Shown one piece after another: positions 62,690 through 64,000 of a DNA stretch of 64,000 bases (within the stretch, counting starts at the first letter, position 1; each line of letters starts with the position of its first letter). The stretch is from Octopus bimaculoides (lineage: Eukaryota): the NCBI RefSeq assembly GCF_001194135.2, contig NC_068985.1:41281617-41345616 (forward strand), read 5' to 3'. The notes below the pieces were generated by a model. It was not told where the DNA came from, searched no databases, and worked only from the letters and a program-made list of their open reading frames with translations. The position numbers and the translations under genes were made by a program.

Positions 62690-63510
62690 CGATACCTGAA
62701 GGATGAAAGACAAAATGAGCCCTGTGGGATTTGAATTCACACCGTAAGCATCAGAACAAATATTGTTTAATTTCGCTAATCCATCGCCATTTTAATAACA
62801 ATAATAATTAGTATTTATTTAGGCACAAGGTCAGTAATTATGAGAGAAATATGAATCGTTTACACCAGGACTGGCCAACCTGAGGCCCGCGGCCCGCAGA
62901 CTTTTATCTTGCAGCCTGCTTGATACTTTCTGGAAATGGGTTTATTTAAACAAACATTTAAAAAAAATTTTTATCAAAAATTAAAGAGTGTAAAAAAGAA
63001 AGATACTAATGTTTTTGAAACGATAATATTTCGTGAGAAAGCAAAATGCTTTCAATTATGTCAGTATACAAGCGGCCCTCAAAAAACTTTCTGTGATTAA
63101 AGTGGCCCGCAATGTAATTCGAGTTGGCCAGGCCTGATTTATACCAACGATCCAGTACTTGACTGGTATTCTATTTTTTCGACTTCGAAAGGATGAAAAG
63201 CAAAGTTAAAGGTAACTTCGGCAGGATTTAAACTCAAAACATAAAGAGTGAGAAAAATTTTGTTCGACGCCCTTACTACTCTGCCAGCTCGACCGACGCC
63301 TACATTACTAATAACTCTTTCTACTGTAGGTACAAAGCCTAAAAATTAGTGGAGCGTGGGAGAAAATTAGTACTTAATTTTATCGTCCCCGAAAGAATGC
63401 AAGGCAAAGTCGACTCGGTCGAATTTGAACTCACAACTTCATGAGTTAAACGACATACCGCCTGCTATTTTGTCCGACGCTCTAACGGTTCTGCCAGCTC
63501 GCCGTTTCCG
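62690..63510 (-). mobile_element. Three head-to-tail family C SINEs (the middle one interrupted by the MITE)
   Basis: GAAAGGATGAAA(A/G)GCAAAG bodies and CTGCCAGCTCG heads at about 62700, 63190-63295 and 63390-63505. Confidence 0.7.
62866..63136. mobile_element. hAT-type MITE nested in a family C SINE
   Basis: TIRs CAGGACTGGCCAAC and GTTGGCCAGGCCTG; 8-bp flanks GTTTACAC and ATTTATAC (2 mismatches). The family C sequence continues on both sides. Confidence 0.8.
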
Positions 63511-64000
63511 TATAATAACGATAACAATAAGAATATTAATTATTATAATTATTATTAGAACAAGTTACATACTGAGTTCGATCAACTTGAACAGTATACT
63601 CCTTTCTCGTCTCTATACTATGGTCATGTGTGTTTAGAAATTAACATTATACATTAATTATATATATAATCATACATAATTAATGCTACTGATGCTAGTT
63701 TGTATCATTATTTTTTCTATTTGTTGTTGTTGTTATAATTTTCATTATCCCTTTACTTTATTCTTATTAAAGGTTGCCGTTGAGTTGCTGAATCGGTGGA
63801 ACACTGGACAGAACTCGTTGCGATATTTAATCATGCCTGACCACACTCCGAGTTTCATTCACCTAGAAAACATGTCTGCTATTATTCATTCTATCAAGTT
63901 CTATTATACCGTACCTTAAAGTAGCAAATACCAGTCATATACTGAGGACAAGTGTTGTTAGTAGTGTCAGTATTAATGTTGTTGTTATGTGGTGATGGTC

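Overview
This is non-coding animal DNA, very rich in microsatellites (TA, CA, TATC, TACA, GGT, GAT, TAG, AAT). Roughly 12% of the window is N gaps. The dispersed repeats look like the abundant SINE families of Octopus (coleoid cephalopod); that assignment is from my recognition of the repeats, not from a search. I find no intact protein-coding gene. Almost every ORF in the supplied track is a translation of a microsatellite, an N gap or a SINE. The window is a dense fossil record of mobile elements: (1) three or four tRNA-derived SINE families, about 45 copies or fragments in total; (2) relics of three retroelement groups, namely R4/Dong-type restriction-like endonuclease LINEs (17.3-18.0 kb and 28.0-28.2 kb), RTE LINEs (30.7 kb and 41.3-41.7 kb) and a Penelope-like GIY-YIG C-terminus (40.3-40.5 kb); (3) Tc1/mariner, Tigger-like and hAT/Charlie elements with recognisable TIRs and TSDs; (4) Helentron-like non-autonomous repeats. 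The most interesting signal is a set of hammerhead-ribozyme-like motifs. The best one sits at the apex of a roughly 145-nt, G.U-rich imperfect hairpin at 5761-5904 (+), with an intact CUGACGA/GAAA/GUC core and an atypical stem II junction. Minimal Penelope-type hammerheads with one or more defects lie at 58597-58641 (+), 32813-32848 (-) and 13506-13540 (-). A few strong minus-strand splice donors in unique islands hint at a long, possibly non-coding transcript, but I could not assemble a gene model.
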